A stretch of 64,000 nt of DNA from Marsupella aquatica. Lineage: Eukaryota > Plantae > Marchantiophyta. The notes under the pieces are model-generated. The model saw only the letters and a program-made list of their open reading frames with translations. It did not search any database and was not told the origin of the DNA. Position numbers and translations under genes: made by a program. The stretch spans positions 15,592,330 to 15,656,329 of the forward strand of contig OZ316898.1 of assembly GCA_973895155.1 (NCBI GenBank). Direction: 5' to 3'. Position 1 is the stretch's first letter. Each line of letters opens with the position of its first letter. Below, piece by piece: positions 52,451-64,000 of this stretch.

Positions 52451-52653
52451 TAAACAGATACCTTTTTATGCACTGTGAGGTCTACTGGTCAGTCCCAGAT
52501 TTAATCAATGGTGCATTTTGCTCCAGGTGTCCAACATCCCCCGACTCACATGTCGCCAGAGGTCCAGTCATCGTACATTTAGGGTACTTTGCTTCCTTTG
52601 GAATTGTTCCTGTTGAGGCAGATTCTTCTCATTTGCGTTGGTGTCGTTGAGGG

Positions 52654-55600
52654 ATGCGTGTAAGGAGAATCCGCACGATTAAGCGTACAAACTCCCAAAC
52701 AAACTCCCGTACAAAACAAACGGGAAAAATCTCCGCATCGCAGTTGGGAGAGTATATCGAAATGGGATCTGGGTCGCCAAACCATTCCCAGTCCTCAGAG
52801 TCATCGTATTCCAGTTGTGTTTCAAGTCGAAGAGTAACTCGTTCCACAGCGCAGTATCCTCTCAGTCAAGTTGAGCTTCCTTGTCCAAAACCGAGGCGAT
52901 TGAAAATGGAACATGTTGGTGAGTTTGCCGTTCAGAATGTCAATTACATTGAGAAATCGGTGGTCAATGTCATTGAAAAGCACGTGATGTTGTTTGGAGT
53001 TGATGCAAATGGGTTACCAAAGGAGCCTCCAAGAATTCCTTTATGTCATCTCGTTCACATGGAGGTTGTGCGCACTCTTCAGAGGAACAATCAATCGATT
53101 GAGAAGCTGAAGGACTCGTTCCGGACATCTGGATACAATTTGTCCATTGGCATGCACTTTTTTGTTCAACCATCCAACGCTGAAGGTAATCCGCAGATTT
53201 GTACAGATGAAATTCAGGGCACTTGGGGTCCTCTTTGGATCATGGAGAACCAGTTGTTCGAAGCGGAATGTGAATCAGACCCCGCTTTCCACGTCCTCAA
53301 GGACAAAATGTTCTATGTTTTTGATGGAAATCATCGGTTGTTTTCATGGACTCAAGTCACAAACGAGAGTCCAGAGAATCCTAAGTATCATCCTCGCATG
53401 CAATGCACAATTTTCAAAGGAGACAAGGCATCAATCATTGAGATTGAGGCAGCAATGCATATTGTTAACTAGTGAGTTTTCTTTCACCATCGACTACTCT
53501 TCCCAAATTTGATTGTTTCCCTTCAACAATTTCTCCCTTTTTTCAGGTTGTATTGTTAGGTTAGCGCCAGGCGCTATTTCTAATGTCCTCAATTTCACAG
53601 GACGGGATAGGCAGTGGTAGAGTCTTCTTGGATTTTGGATGCAGACAAAATCAGAAGGATTTTGGCTCATGATCTGGAGTACTACAAACCCATAATTGAT
53701 GAGGCAAATTATGCAAAATTTGAGAAGACGAGGAAAGGAACCCGAAAGGGTTTGTGGTTTACCAAGAAGATGCCGATGGAGGCGTTGGTATACATCTTGT
53801 GTGAAAACAAGATCAAATCGTACTCGCAACAATTTCAGGTGATGAAGAACCAGACAAGCAGTTCCGGCGCTCCATGGTCGGTCAAAGAGACAAATCTTTG
53901 ACACAGTCAGATGATGAAGGAAGCCACTAAGGAATGGACCGTCAAAACTCCGAAGCTCACTTCCTTGCTAAGCCCAGAGTTTGAAGATTTCATGGACACT
54001 TGCGCTGAGATGTATTGTCTTACAGATCGACTCAAACGTGAAAAGGTCCCTGAAGCTGTATTCTGCACCATGGACAGAGCTCGCTTGTTCACTGCCAATT
54101 TGACATTAGATCCAAAATTGCGAAGTACATTGCTTGTTGCACATTGTACTCCAGAGTTAAGAAAACAATTTTTCTATCCACTCGGAGTATCGGACGACCT
54201 CGTGAAGCAGCGGTGCCACACCTGGCATGTTTGGAACACGATTGAGGGGATAGCAACTGCTCTCCTCGAGGCATGTTTGAAGGAGGCTATGGGTTCATGC
54301 ACCAAACAACGTCTTACAACACTAGGTGGAGAACTGATTCCCTTTGAGAAGTTGAAGGCTTTGATTGTAGATGATTTTAGAAAGTATGGGGATTCCGTAA
54401 GGGTCAAGTTTTTCAACACTATTTGGGAGTCCAAGTACGCTGACAAGGAGGATTTGAGTGAAGTGAACCGCAAGAGAGCCAAGAGATATTTGTATCGATA
54501 CTATGTGAAAATGGAGAGGAGTGACCCGAGATATTTTTGGGCTTATCCTGGTGCCTTCCAGAAATGGGCCGTTGTGAATTTGAGGTCCGAAGCGTCTAGA
54601 GACTTTCTTGGATACACCATGTACCCACCGGAGGGAAAGTTTCCCCCAAGGAAAATGGCAAAGTGGGAGGTTTTGCATTGTCCGTGGTATCTTGACACAG
54701 ACAAGTGGAATTCACCGTTTGATGAGAGAGAGAAAGATGCTTTTCACAAGTTATCAAAGAATTTGGAGCCCAGAAACATTTTGTCAGAGATGAAGCAGGG
54801 AATTGATGCTGAGATTGATCTCTCGGCGATAGAGCTCCAGCGGATTTGTGAGACGCAAGTCATCCAAGTTGCAAGGAGTCGAAAACCAAGAGCAAAACCC
54901 AAGCAAGAAACAACCCCAAGTGGATCTCAAAAAGAGACCAAAAAAAGTGAGTTCCTAATTTTGTAGCTTCAACTCTTCGTAATTGTCAATATTTTATTTG
55001 GCTAGCGCCAGGCGCTGTTATTAATGTAACAATTTCTCTAGCAGGATCTCGGAAATTGGATGCAGGGTTGGTGTCGGGTAATGCTTTGACTGCAACTCCA
55101 GAGCCTTCTCGTGACAACAGTCTTGGGAAGGATGAGGATCCGCTAGAGGGGTCGGAGACCCCGGAGGATGTGAGTGCTCCGCCAGTGGACGCCACGAGCA
55201 CTAGGAAGAAGAAGAAACATTGTGTTTCTACTTTCGGTGGGTCTCACAGGGAAACGCTTGCGGCGACTAGTTTACAGAGGAATGTGGAGGACTTCAAGGG
55301 GAATAAAACCAGGCACACATTCATGGAGTCTACCTTGGCAGAGTTCTACGATAGTGTGTTTCAGAGGGAAGAGAAGCCATCTTGGGTTTCTCAGGTAGAG
55401 GCCTGGGGAAAGAATCTTGTGAAGTCGGGTTCTCGGTCGAAGGGGGTTATTAGAGGTGGAAAAGTTAGGCATTTGGTATCGATGTTGGATTTCTATATTT
55501 GCCTACCGGATTGAGGCCATCACTTTTTGACAAGAAAGTCCCAAAATGGAATCTTCAAGACCACTCTCTCCCTGGGGCTTTCTTTAGCGCAATGGACCCT

Positions 55601-56867
55601 TTCCTATCGGACGACGGACTTCTGGCTATTCTTCACACTGGAGAATATGACCAGATTTTGGAAGTGATATCTGCATGCCAGCAGTTGCAAAAGTTTGACT
55701 GTATTGCATCGTATACAGTTGTCATGGGGTTTCCTATGTACAAACCTAAGTCTGACACTCAGGTAATTAATGACATCCATTTTGGCCAGCGCCAGGCGCT
55801 AATCTTGTATATCATTCATTTTGGCCAGCGCCAGGCGCTAATCTATGTCTTTTTGTTTCATGACCTTACTATTCTATTGTTTTGTAGATCTTCACGTTGC
55901 GATTGGATATATTCGATCGGGTTTTGAGAAAATCAACAATACCGAAAGATCCCAAGTTCCGTCCATTGTCTCCTTCCGAAGATCCTTCAATTACAAATCT
56001 GATAGGACTTTCGTCTTTAAAGTTGGATCCAATGCCAGAACTTGTGGCTTGTGGAAACGGGCGGCTCACAGTTGGTTTTATGCAGTCCGTTATAGAGATC
56101 ATCTCCTGTCCAGGGGATATTGTGATTGACTGGACCTGTTGCTCAGGAAGCTCATTCGTGGCGAGAGACTATTGTGGTAGATTTGTTGTTGGGGTGGAAG
56201 GGCGAACAGAGTTTGTCACGGCTTCAAAGTGTACCTTAGCTGACCTTTTGGAGCCAAAGTCAACTTTGACTCCAGAGAAGAGATTGTCAAGGAAAGGGAA
56301 AGAGAAGTTGGACAGAGTACGATCAATTTTGAACTTTGGTTCCGAAGAGAGCGAGTCAGATGTTGCTGGGGAATCTGATGAGGAAGAGATTCCAATTGTC
56401 AATCTAGGAGACGACGAGGCAAAGAAAACAAATCCCTCGGGATCAAAATGTGATTCCAAGGATGAGGAGTCTTCTGAGTAATGCTCGTAAGCTCACTCCA
56501 AATGTATGACTATTTTCAACAACATATTTTTGGTAAACTTAGTGTTTGTTTTAATATGGATGAAACTTTCAGGTCGGAGTGGAATACATGGAGAAGGTTT
56601 GAACTCCAGAAAATGATCGCTGAAGCTATGGAGATTACACCAGAAAAACCATTTATTCTCCCATCCTATGCTGAGAAAGCCGCCAGAAAAGTAGAGAGGT
56701 CTCGGACATTATCTTGGGAAACAAAAGGTCTGAGACTTAGAAGAGGTTCTGATAGGAAGTTTTTGGTGAACAAATTTATGGATGACATGTGCCGGAGTGA
56801 GTTTGTGGATGACGAGGCGGAGTCAACCGATAGATCCGATAGTAGTGAGACAGAGTCATCTAAGTAG
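52654..56867 (+). pseudogene. ParB/Srx-like domain + beta-class N6A/N4C DNA-methyltransferase-like fusion (~1250 aa; exons 52654-53471, 53601-54946, 55045-55762, 55888-56477, 56573-56867)
   Basis: VRTL...IEKLKDSF...G...FYVFDGNHRLFSW (ParB GxxR). IDVGFLYLPTG at the motif-IV position. FMQSVIEIISCPGDIVIDWTCCSGSSFVA..CGRFVVGVE..EFVTA (motifs X/I/II). The last three splice junctions are conserved in copy 2. A few stops and one frameshift near 55470. Confidence 0.78.
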
Positions 56868-59116
56868 ATAAGTTATGAGAACCCCATTTGTATAATTTCC
56901 ATCGTATAAAAATGTTCAAACATGAACAAATATTTGTAGTCAAATTGGTATATTATGTTCACAAGTGAGCTTGGAGAAATATGAAAGTTCAATATTTCAC
57001 TTTAGCGCCTAGCTTCATGCCAGAGACTATTGCAAAAAACTTGGATTCAGATTCTTTTGGGGACATGCTCTGGGTGACTCGTATTTGTATAGCGTCTGGC
57101 ATTAACCAAATAACATGTTTTCGGAATTTTCAAGGAACAAAAATGATATGGAAATGATTTTGTTTTTGATAGCACCAGGCGTTAGCCAATAATATGCCTT
57201 CCGGAATGAGTATTACCGTTGAAGTTTTTTTTGGTTAAGTGAAATGAACGTTAGCACCCGTTGGGGCGATATTCCCCGTCGGTCCATTCTCATGCGTTGG
57301 TTTGGTCATATGTCCGTTGAATCCAAAAAACGACAATCCTTTGAGGGGGCATACATTCGACTAAGCCCTCCAAACGAGTTTCATTCCAGATGTTCACACT
57401 GTGGTCGTGTGGTTTGGAAAGTATACTTTGCGCTTGAAGGTTGTTTCTTGCGTTACAAGCTTGAGTAACCCCGATCAAAGTAACCGTCAGTGGACGATAT
57501 GGAGCGTCCTGTGTCAATGTCGATAACGTTGTGTGGCCCCAAAGAGAAGTGCCAGCGTTGGAGGAGCAGCAGACCGATCAGACGGTCAACTTCAGGTCGA
57601 TTGCAGACACCGAGAGCCGCGTGACCGAGACTTCCGACATAAGGAATCATCTCCAGCTGCCTGGGGACGAGGGTATGAGCCCGGGTGAACGGAACATTCC
57701 TTGGCTTCCTGATTCCGAGGCCATTTCAGGAGAGATTCTCAATTCATTATCCAACTCCTAAACATCCTTCATCGAATGTCTTCTAGGATGTGGAAATTCA
57801 GTCTGCCAAATTTCTTGGTCGTATCAATTTCTATGATACAAACCTTCCTGAGTCTTCATCGCGCCCTTCACGAAGGCTTCCTAGTGCGCGGTACGTTGCA
57901 ACTCAAACATTTGGCTTTCGAGAGAAGCCAAAATGCAAGAAGGCAGGGCTCAACGGCGAATGTGAATCTACGTTTGATCCGGGATCATCCTAGGATCATG
58001 GTGGTCATGGTCTTGGGTAGCGCCTGGCGCTACTCATTTCATGGAGGAGACCCTTACCCGGTTCGTAGTTTGGAATCGGAGGAGGTGCACTTGGTGCTTC
58101 GTTTTGGGGTTAGGTTAGGCTTGTGAATGGGTTATTTCACCTAGGATTACTCTGTTAGAATGAGGTTGACTACAGTTTGTAGGGCTCAATGACGGATTTG
58201 GGTCTTTTTCTGATCCGGCATTCTTGAATAGAATTGTGTGGTTAGACTTTTAGGCCTTCCGGAGATCCTTGTTTCGCTGATGTGATCTATGATGCGGTGA
58301 ATAATTTTGAATCGGTGGAGGTGGACTTTAGGCTCCTCATTTTGGAATTTTGTATTGTGCTTCATTAGTAGAAGCGTGTATACACAATGTTTTGATTTAG
58401 TAAAAATCATTTTGGCTTGAGTTTTGTTAACTGGTATCATTACGTTTTTCATTTTTGGGTAGCGCTTGGTGCTATGATGTTTCATGGTTGTGTTTCATTA
58501 CGGTATTCAGTTTTGGGTAGCGCCTGGCGCTATGATGTTTTCACGTTTGAGTCGATCGCTATGTTTGGAACCCTGGATGATTAAAAGTGAACATTGCTTT
58601 GGATTTTGAGAGTTTTTACCCATTAACTAGCCGGGTTATTCATGGAATATTCTCTTTGCACATGTTATTTTGGGATATATTGTTGACGTTTTGGTTGAAT
58701 TATTTTCCTGTTTCCTTTTTGCTGTTTCCTGTTTGGATTTTCCTGTTTCCTGGCATGGTGTTGATACCCGGTTTCTGGGCGCTTGACAAGGTTAGACTCT
58801 ATCAATCATTGTGTTAGTTGTTTAATGTTGGGGTAGTTGCATCTCAATTCAATCCAATACACAACTCTTTTAGAAGTGCTGTAACTTGAGTCATTAATAT
58901 ACCGATAATGCATAAAAGCACACCAAACAAACAGTTCAAAGGAACGGGAAATAACATCTTGGACACAATCTTGTTCATGAAAATCATGTACATGGAAACC
59001 ATCTATCTGCTTAGAGCATATTTTCCGCACGACAGGATCAACACAGTATTTTCATCAGCATGGGGTCTCAACTGAAACAAAATGTTGCCTACTGCCCATA
59101 CATCTCTAAGTGGATT

Positions 59117-61620
59117 CTATATTCCGAAAGCTTCCTTGCACTTTAGTTTAAACTCTGCTTCTGTGATCAAATCCAATGTCCTTTGCTTCTCCAAAAGCAC
59201 AACTTTGGCCATAATGCTCCTAGCCTTTGATTCAACTGATCTAGAATCAACCACCTGTTGTCTATCTGACTTCATGCTCTTGAACTCAGTCAACATCTCA
59301 ACAATACTTTTGCCGGCACGTTTGAGACTGTCCTTCTTGGTGAGGGGCTTGGAGTCGCGGAACTTGACTACCTTAACACTTAGCTCCGGCGTTGCTGACT
59401 CTGACGCCGAGCCCCCTTATAGTCCAGGCCTGGATAGGCCATCCGGGGAGGACTTAGCATGAGGAGACTTGTGGGCAATGAGATGTGGCACTAGCGAAGG
59501 CAAGGAGCCAAGCTGGTGACACACACTAAAGACTTAAGCAAGCTGGTCGGGTCAAGGGGAAAGGGGCCGGACTCAAGGTTGACCATCCGGGCCCCCGGAT
59601 GGACTTTGAGTTTTGAGGGGCTTGAGTGCAAGCTCCTCTTGGGCCCAAGGCCAATGGAGTTGAAGCCATGGGCAACGGATGCTTGGGGCGTGAGTTATGG
59701 GTTTGGCAGATCGGGGACCCTGAACGGCAATGAGACCTGAGGGCCTTGGCATGAGCATTGGGTTGGCCCAATCACAACGGGCTAAGGCACTCCGCTTGCG
59801 GACGCCTAACGAGAAAGTTATGGGCGTTGCCAGTTAGTGGCTGGGAGTATGAGCGATAGGTTTTGGGTTGGAGGCCAAATGTTTAGGGACCAAAGTTGGT
59901 CCGGGGGTGGCAGGTCTCCAAAAGCATATGTGAGGGGAGTGGTGTCTCCCTAGGGCCAAGGGCGAGCCAAAGTCGTGAGCTGCGGCGGTCGCGACACTAA
60001 GGGAAAGCGCCAAACAGAAAGGGCGATATCTTCCCAACGGGAAGTCCCTTGGAGGACTTATTGGGTGCGTTGGAAAGCTCTCAAGGAGGGCTACGTTATC
60101 TTGAGATTAGATGGGTCTAGGGGCACCATGGGTTCTAGAGGTTTGCGGGTGATAGCTCATCCACTTATCAAATCCTACCAAACAGCAACCAAGCTGCGTT
60201 CACTCTCCCAAGGGGGCTTGCATTGGGGAGGCAAGGCCAAGTAGGCGTGAAGGTTGAGTTCCAAGGGTGCTCGGCCCCTAGACCATCAGTGGGGCAAACC
60301 GAGAGTTGGTTGCTAGAGTCGGGGCCATTTTGGTCCCGACGTGTTGCGACAAGCTTTAGGACAAGCTACGCTATTTGGGCCATGAGCATGTCCTAGGGTC
60401 AGGGTGGTCAATTGGTGATGGATAGGTACAAGGGGGAACCCGGGCCGTGCCCAAGGAAGGAGCTATTCTGGACAAACAGTGGACGTGGGTTCTGGTTCCG
60501 GCTTATGGCATCGGGAGGACCTATTGCTGACCTATTTACCAACCTCTGTTGAGCTTGAGTTAGGATGCTAGACTTGGCGAGTTCTAGGTCTTGAAGAGTT
60601 ACTTACCGAGGTACTTGGTTGCTTGTGTAGACAGTGAGGACCGTTGAGTAGCGGTCGTGTTGGAGAGCAAGTGCGGCTTCGTATGGGAGGGGCCATAGAT
60701 GGTGCAAGGGGCACTAAGTTGCTTGCTCGAGGTATTCTGTGGAGGAGTTCGGGCACCAGGGGCACTAAGGCGTGAGTGCTGGGATTGGTGAGGGTGTTGG
60801 GTGGCAAGGTCCACCACTCTTGGGCAAGGCTGGATCATTGCAGGCTGTTGCTACAAGGGGCCGAGGTGGAGCAACAAATCCTGATCCTTCTTGATTGGTG
60901 ACTTGGCTGTTACCATGCATTGCCTGATTTTCAGAATACTTCGAGCCTTCCATGATGGCGTTTCCATGAGCTTTTTCATAAGTGTGGTGTCCTGTAATGT
61001 AGCTCCTACGCCTTCCTCAGGATTATTCACCCTAGACTTCATATCTTTAACGTTGTTTCTTAGTTGCTCCTTCAGGGTCTCCTCTTCAAATGGTGAATTA
61101 GGAAACTCCTTCCTGTAATCCAAATAAACGTTGCCCCATACTTTCTTTGGAACGAGCTGCTTTGTTTTTTGCTTTTTGCCCTGGCTGAATTTCTGACAAT
61201 GGTTCCAATACGCCTGCACCAGAGTTCCTATGTGATTATTATGCACCACTTGTCTCCCTTCACTTTCTTCTTTGACTTTTGCTTCCCATCGTCATGGTGC
61301 TTGTGATGTTGCTTCTTGTGGCCTTTACACTGCACCTCCTCAACATTAGCACTACTAGAGCTACCAAAGTCAGAACTGGAATCCATCGAGCTAGACTGCT
61401 TTGTATTCCCACTATTGCTACTACTGTCAGAGCTCAACATAACCTGCTGAGGGCTCTCGTAAACTATATTCCCAGCTCCTGCCTTCAACGATTCTGGTCG
61501 GGCTATTGGAGAGAAATCTTCTGCAGAATCCCTATCTTCGATTGATTGCTTCTCAAAAATCTTCAGTTTCTCATTCCAAAAATCCATTGAACATACACAG
61601 TAGCCAATCAAGAATGACAT
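59117..61620 (-). pseudogene. Myb/SANT (trihelix-like) protein, probable Harbinger ORF2, interrupted
   Basis: KW...HIGTLVQAY...KKVWGNVYLDY..EFP...EETLKEQLR pattern. C-terminal part ending LITEAEFKLKCKEAFGI at 59117-59480. Convergent with the Harbinger transposase. Confidence 0.5.
59484..60855. mobile_element. 1.37-kb GC-rich TGTGGCAC...TTGCTACA segment, possible solo LTR
   Basis: Inverted termini; interrupts the Myb-like reading frame. No clean TSD. Confidence 0.4.
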
Positions 61621-61820
61621 GACAAGATCTCACTGCACACCAATCTCTATTAGGTGCATAATTAGCAATCAAATGAACGAATCCTAGAAGTGGTTCTTGA
61701 TAGAAATGCGCAGAGCATAGCGTGACCACTAGAGAATCAAATAACTTAAATTAATAGAAGAAATGCGCAGAGCACAGCCTGACTAGAATGATAATCAAAT
61801 AGCTGAAATGAAGTTGTACC

Positions 61821-62132
61821 ATTCCGATTGTCTTCCATCCGCGATGCAGACCCCTTCTCTATGAGCTTCTCTAATGCCTGGTATTCCCTTAATCTTTCTC
61901 GGCCATCAATCTTTTGAAGAACTAGTACAGGGGTGTTCGCCCCTACTGCTGGGCTCGCGTAGCATGAAGGTCGAACTGCTCTGGCTTTCTTGCGCAAGCA
62001 AATAGCAGAAACTAAATCCTTCTTTCCTACCGCGCCAGATCCTCCCTTCTCCGCGCCCTCCATTCTTGATTCACCAAGGGGTATTGATCGCGATCGGAGC
62101 TGCTTCTCTGCCATGTTTGCCACTGACTCCAT
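61821..62132 (-). CDS. Possible first exon of an unknown gene, perhaps the Myb-like gene
   Basis: Open ATG-started frame, candidate GT donor near 61820, divergent from the LYR gene. No recognisable domain. Confidence 0.3.
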
Positions 62133-62535
62133 GGCCAGTGAGTGTGAGTGACTGAGTTAAGTTCAATGTCTGCCCGCGCATTTTGCCTTCCGACTTCCCA
62201 GCTTGTCGAAAATGAATTCGGGACGGGAAAGTGTTTTTGAGCGTTACCCTTAAGAAAAACTTATCATCCTGTTTTCGTTCGCTTTGTAATGGAAACGCTT
62301 AACCGGAGTTCCGCTTCTACCTGCTCATCCGTAGTTAACTTTAACCCTAGGCGAGTAGCCCCAATATTTGTCACTTTACAAATTCTCTAATGTGTGCTGA
62401 TTTATACACTCATTCGTGCTCGTAAGATTACAATAGTCTCACAACCCTGACTGACTTTGGTAGGGTTTCTATAAAGTACGGCAGTTGAGTTGTGATGTCG
62501 TCTCTACTAGAGTGTGTCTAAATCCGCTAAAATAA

Positions 62536-62761
62536 TGGGCCTGTCGTCTCAATTCTCGATGCAACGCTTCGGTCCAGGAATCCAGTGTGCGTGCAAGTAT
62601 CGATGAAGTCATCACACATTTGGCAGGTGGTATAGATCATGGCGCCCGGACGAATCATGCGAGAGGACTGCTGAATCTGCATCTGGGATTGGGAGACAGG
62701 TAGGTACGGTAGGAATGCAGGCAGAAATTGCGATTGAAGGGTTTGGATCGTAAAACCCTAA
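62536..62761 (+). promoter_or_regulatory. Site II (TGGGCC, 62536) and telo-box (AAACCCTAA, 62753) upstream of the LYR gene
   Basis: Motif matches only; the pairing is common in plant mitochondrial and growth genes. Confidence 0.35.
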
Positions 62762-62804
62762 ATCTTAGACTTCAGACTAGGTGAGAGAGAGACCGGGGCG
62801 GGAG

Positions 62805-63048
62805 ATGGCTACGGGGAACGAGGTCCTGTCGCTGTTTCGATCGCTGCTGCGAGTTCGGAGGCAGGCATTTGCGGGGGACGAGGTGATGGAGGTGGCAGCT
62901 GCGGCACAAATTCGACATATGTTTGAGGTGAATCGGCATGTCTCTGACCCCAAGGTCCTCCGACAGTGCATTGCGCAGGCTCGGGAGGCTGTGGATTTCA
63001 TATCTTTGAATGTGGTTCAAGCCAAGCTTAACGAGCGTGGCAATTATG
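62805..63048 (+). CDS. LYR-motif protein, MZM1/LYRM7-like complex III assembly factor, first coding exon
   Basis: VLSLFRSLLRVRRQAFAGD...IR..F...EAVDFI..NVVQAKLNERGNY, followed by GT donor at 63049. Intact frame. Confidence 0.85.
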
Positions 63049-64000
63049 GTACGTAATCTGGCCTTTTTTAATTTCCGAGCGCACCTAGCCCGAATGTACG
63101 TGAGTTCGTCTTGTCAGTGAACTTCTTCAGGTCGAACAGACTTTCGGAACTCTAGCCATTAACTAATCATTAGCCGAAAGAATTAAGCGGTTCATGATTA
63201 GTTGAATCCTTTGGCAACGGAATATCCGCCTCCAACCATTCATACACTTAGCCAACCTACCTGTCCATTGAGAATGTCTAGATTCCCTCAGTGGGTCTTA
63301 ATGCGGTCTGTTTTTCTCAATTAGGGTTATCTTGAAACTTTGTCCATGCGGTGGAGTGATAGCAATCCACAACCTGCCACGGCTCTCTGTCACGGCTTTA
63401 AGTGGATAATGCAGTTCGTAGTGCGACGTTGGAACTTCTCTCTGTTACACATTTCGGAACTTAGGTGAGCAACGTTTGGTTGTCATTCGCTTGGTGTACC
63501 TAGCCTGTTTGGTTTAGGCAGCCATGGTAGTGTTGCCTAATATGCTGCAAGTCTGACCCGATCGAGGACCCTTGGACAGTTCGGTGTGATCTTGCCAATC
63601 AATCTACTTCGCAGCCAGGAGAGAAAATTTGTGACCTTATTTCATGGATGGATGTCTTGGAAATGTGGGTGGAAAGCTTTAGTTTTTCGCAAAATTCTTC
63701 ATGATTATGTAACTATTTATGCTTAATCACCACGAGCATCGTTGAAACACGATTCTGTATCCCTACCGGAATGGGTAAAGCTGATAAATAGCCAAAGTAG
63801 TTATAAATCCCTTAGGCCCACCTGTGCACATTGTTCCTGACAATAATCTTTAATACGAGGCGAACTGCTCTAGAAACAGATCGTTAACACCTTTTTGCAT
63901 ACTGTAATTGACAGATTTTCTATCGTTTGAAAACAGCTTAGAAAAAGTGTCAGTGGAGGTAGGGGCGACGGTATGTGTGGCAGATTGATGCTGATTCACT

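Larger units (their letters stand above)
50380..58769. mobile_element. MULE copy 4 (transposase 5' part, divergent spacer, full ParB-MTase gene, right terminus)
   Basis: Dense palindromes. Ends CCTGTTTCCTGGCATGGTGTTGATACCC at 58769. Left boundary approximate (truncated). Confidence 0.8.

Noticed and set aside
52654-56867. Bacterial contamination or prophage as the source of the ParB/MTase
   Set aside because: Conserved GT-AG introns, and physical nesting with plant TEs confirmed by TSDs.

Overview
Eukaryotic, intron-containing, almost entirely transposon-derived window, most likely from a non-seed land plant such as a bryophyte (inferred from the TE lineages, not proven). It is a deep nest of elements. 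(1) Four fragments or copies of a large Mutator-like (MULE) family. The family carries a GCM/WRKY-zinc-finger + MULE-DDE + SWIM transposase and, head-to-head with it, a 5-exon gene fusing a ParB/Sulfiredoxin-like domain to a beta-class N6A/N4C-DNA-methyltransferase-like domain. Its non-coding DNA holds about 35 copies of the 15-bp palindrome TAGCGCCWGGCGCTA. (2) A Bianca-type Ty1/copia element (6468-41412) whose 3' LTR is split by a 28-kb copy of that MULE. (3) Two families of 4-4.8-kb TG...CA elements with 5-bp TSDs, probably giant solo LTRs, that carry PMD-like ORFs. (4) L1-like and CRE/RLE non-LTR fragments, a MULE-type MITE, a CACTA scrap, and a Harbinger transposase with a Myb/SANT-like partner. 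The only clear host gene is exon 1 of an LYR-motif (MZM1/LYRM7-like) gene at the right end. Nearly all TE ORFs are pseudogenised, largely by C>T/G>A stops. The best candidate for a new system is the transposon-encoded ParB-methyltransferase together with its element-restricted palindromes.
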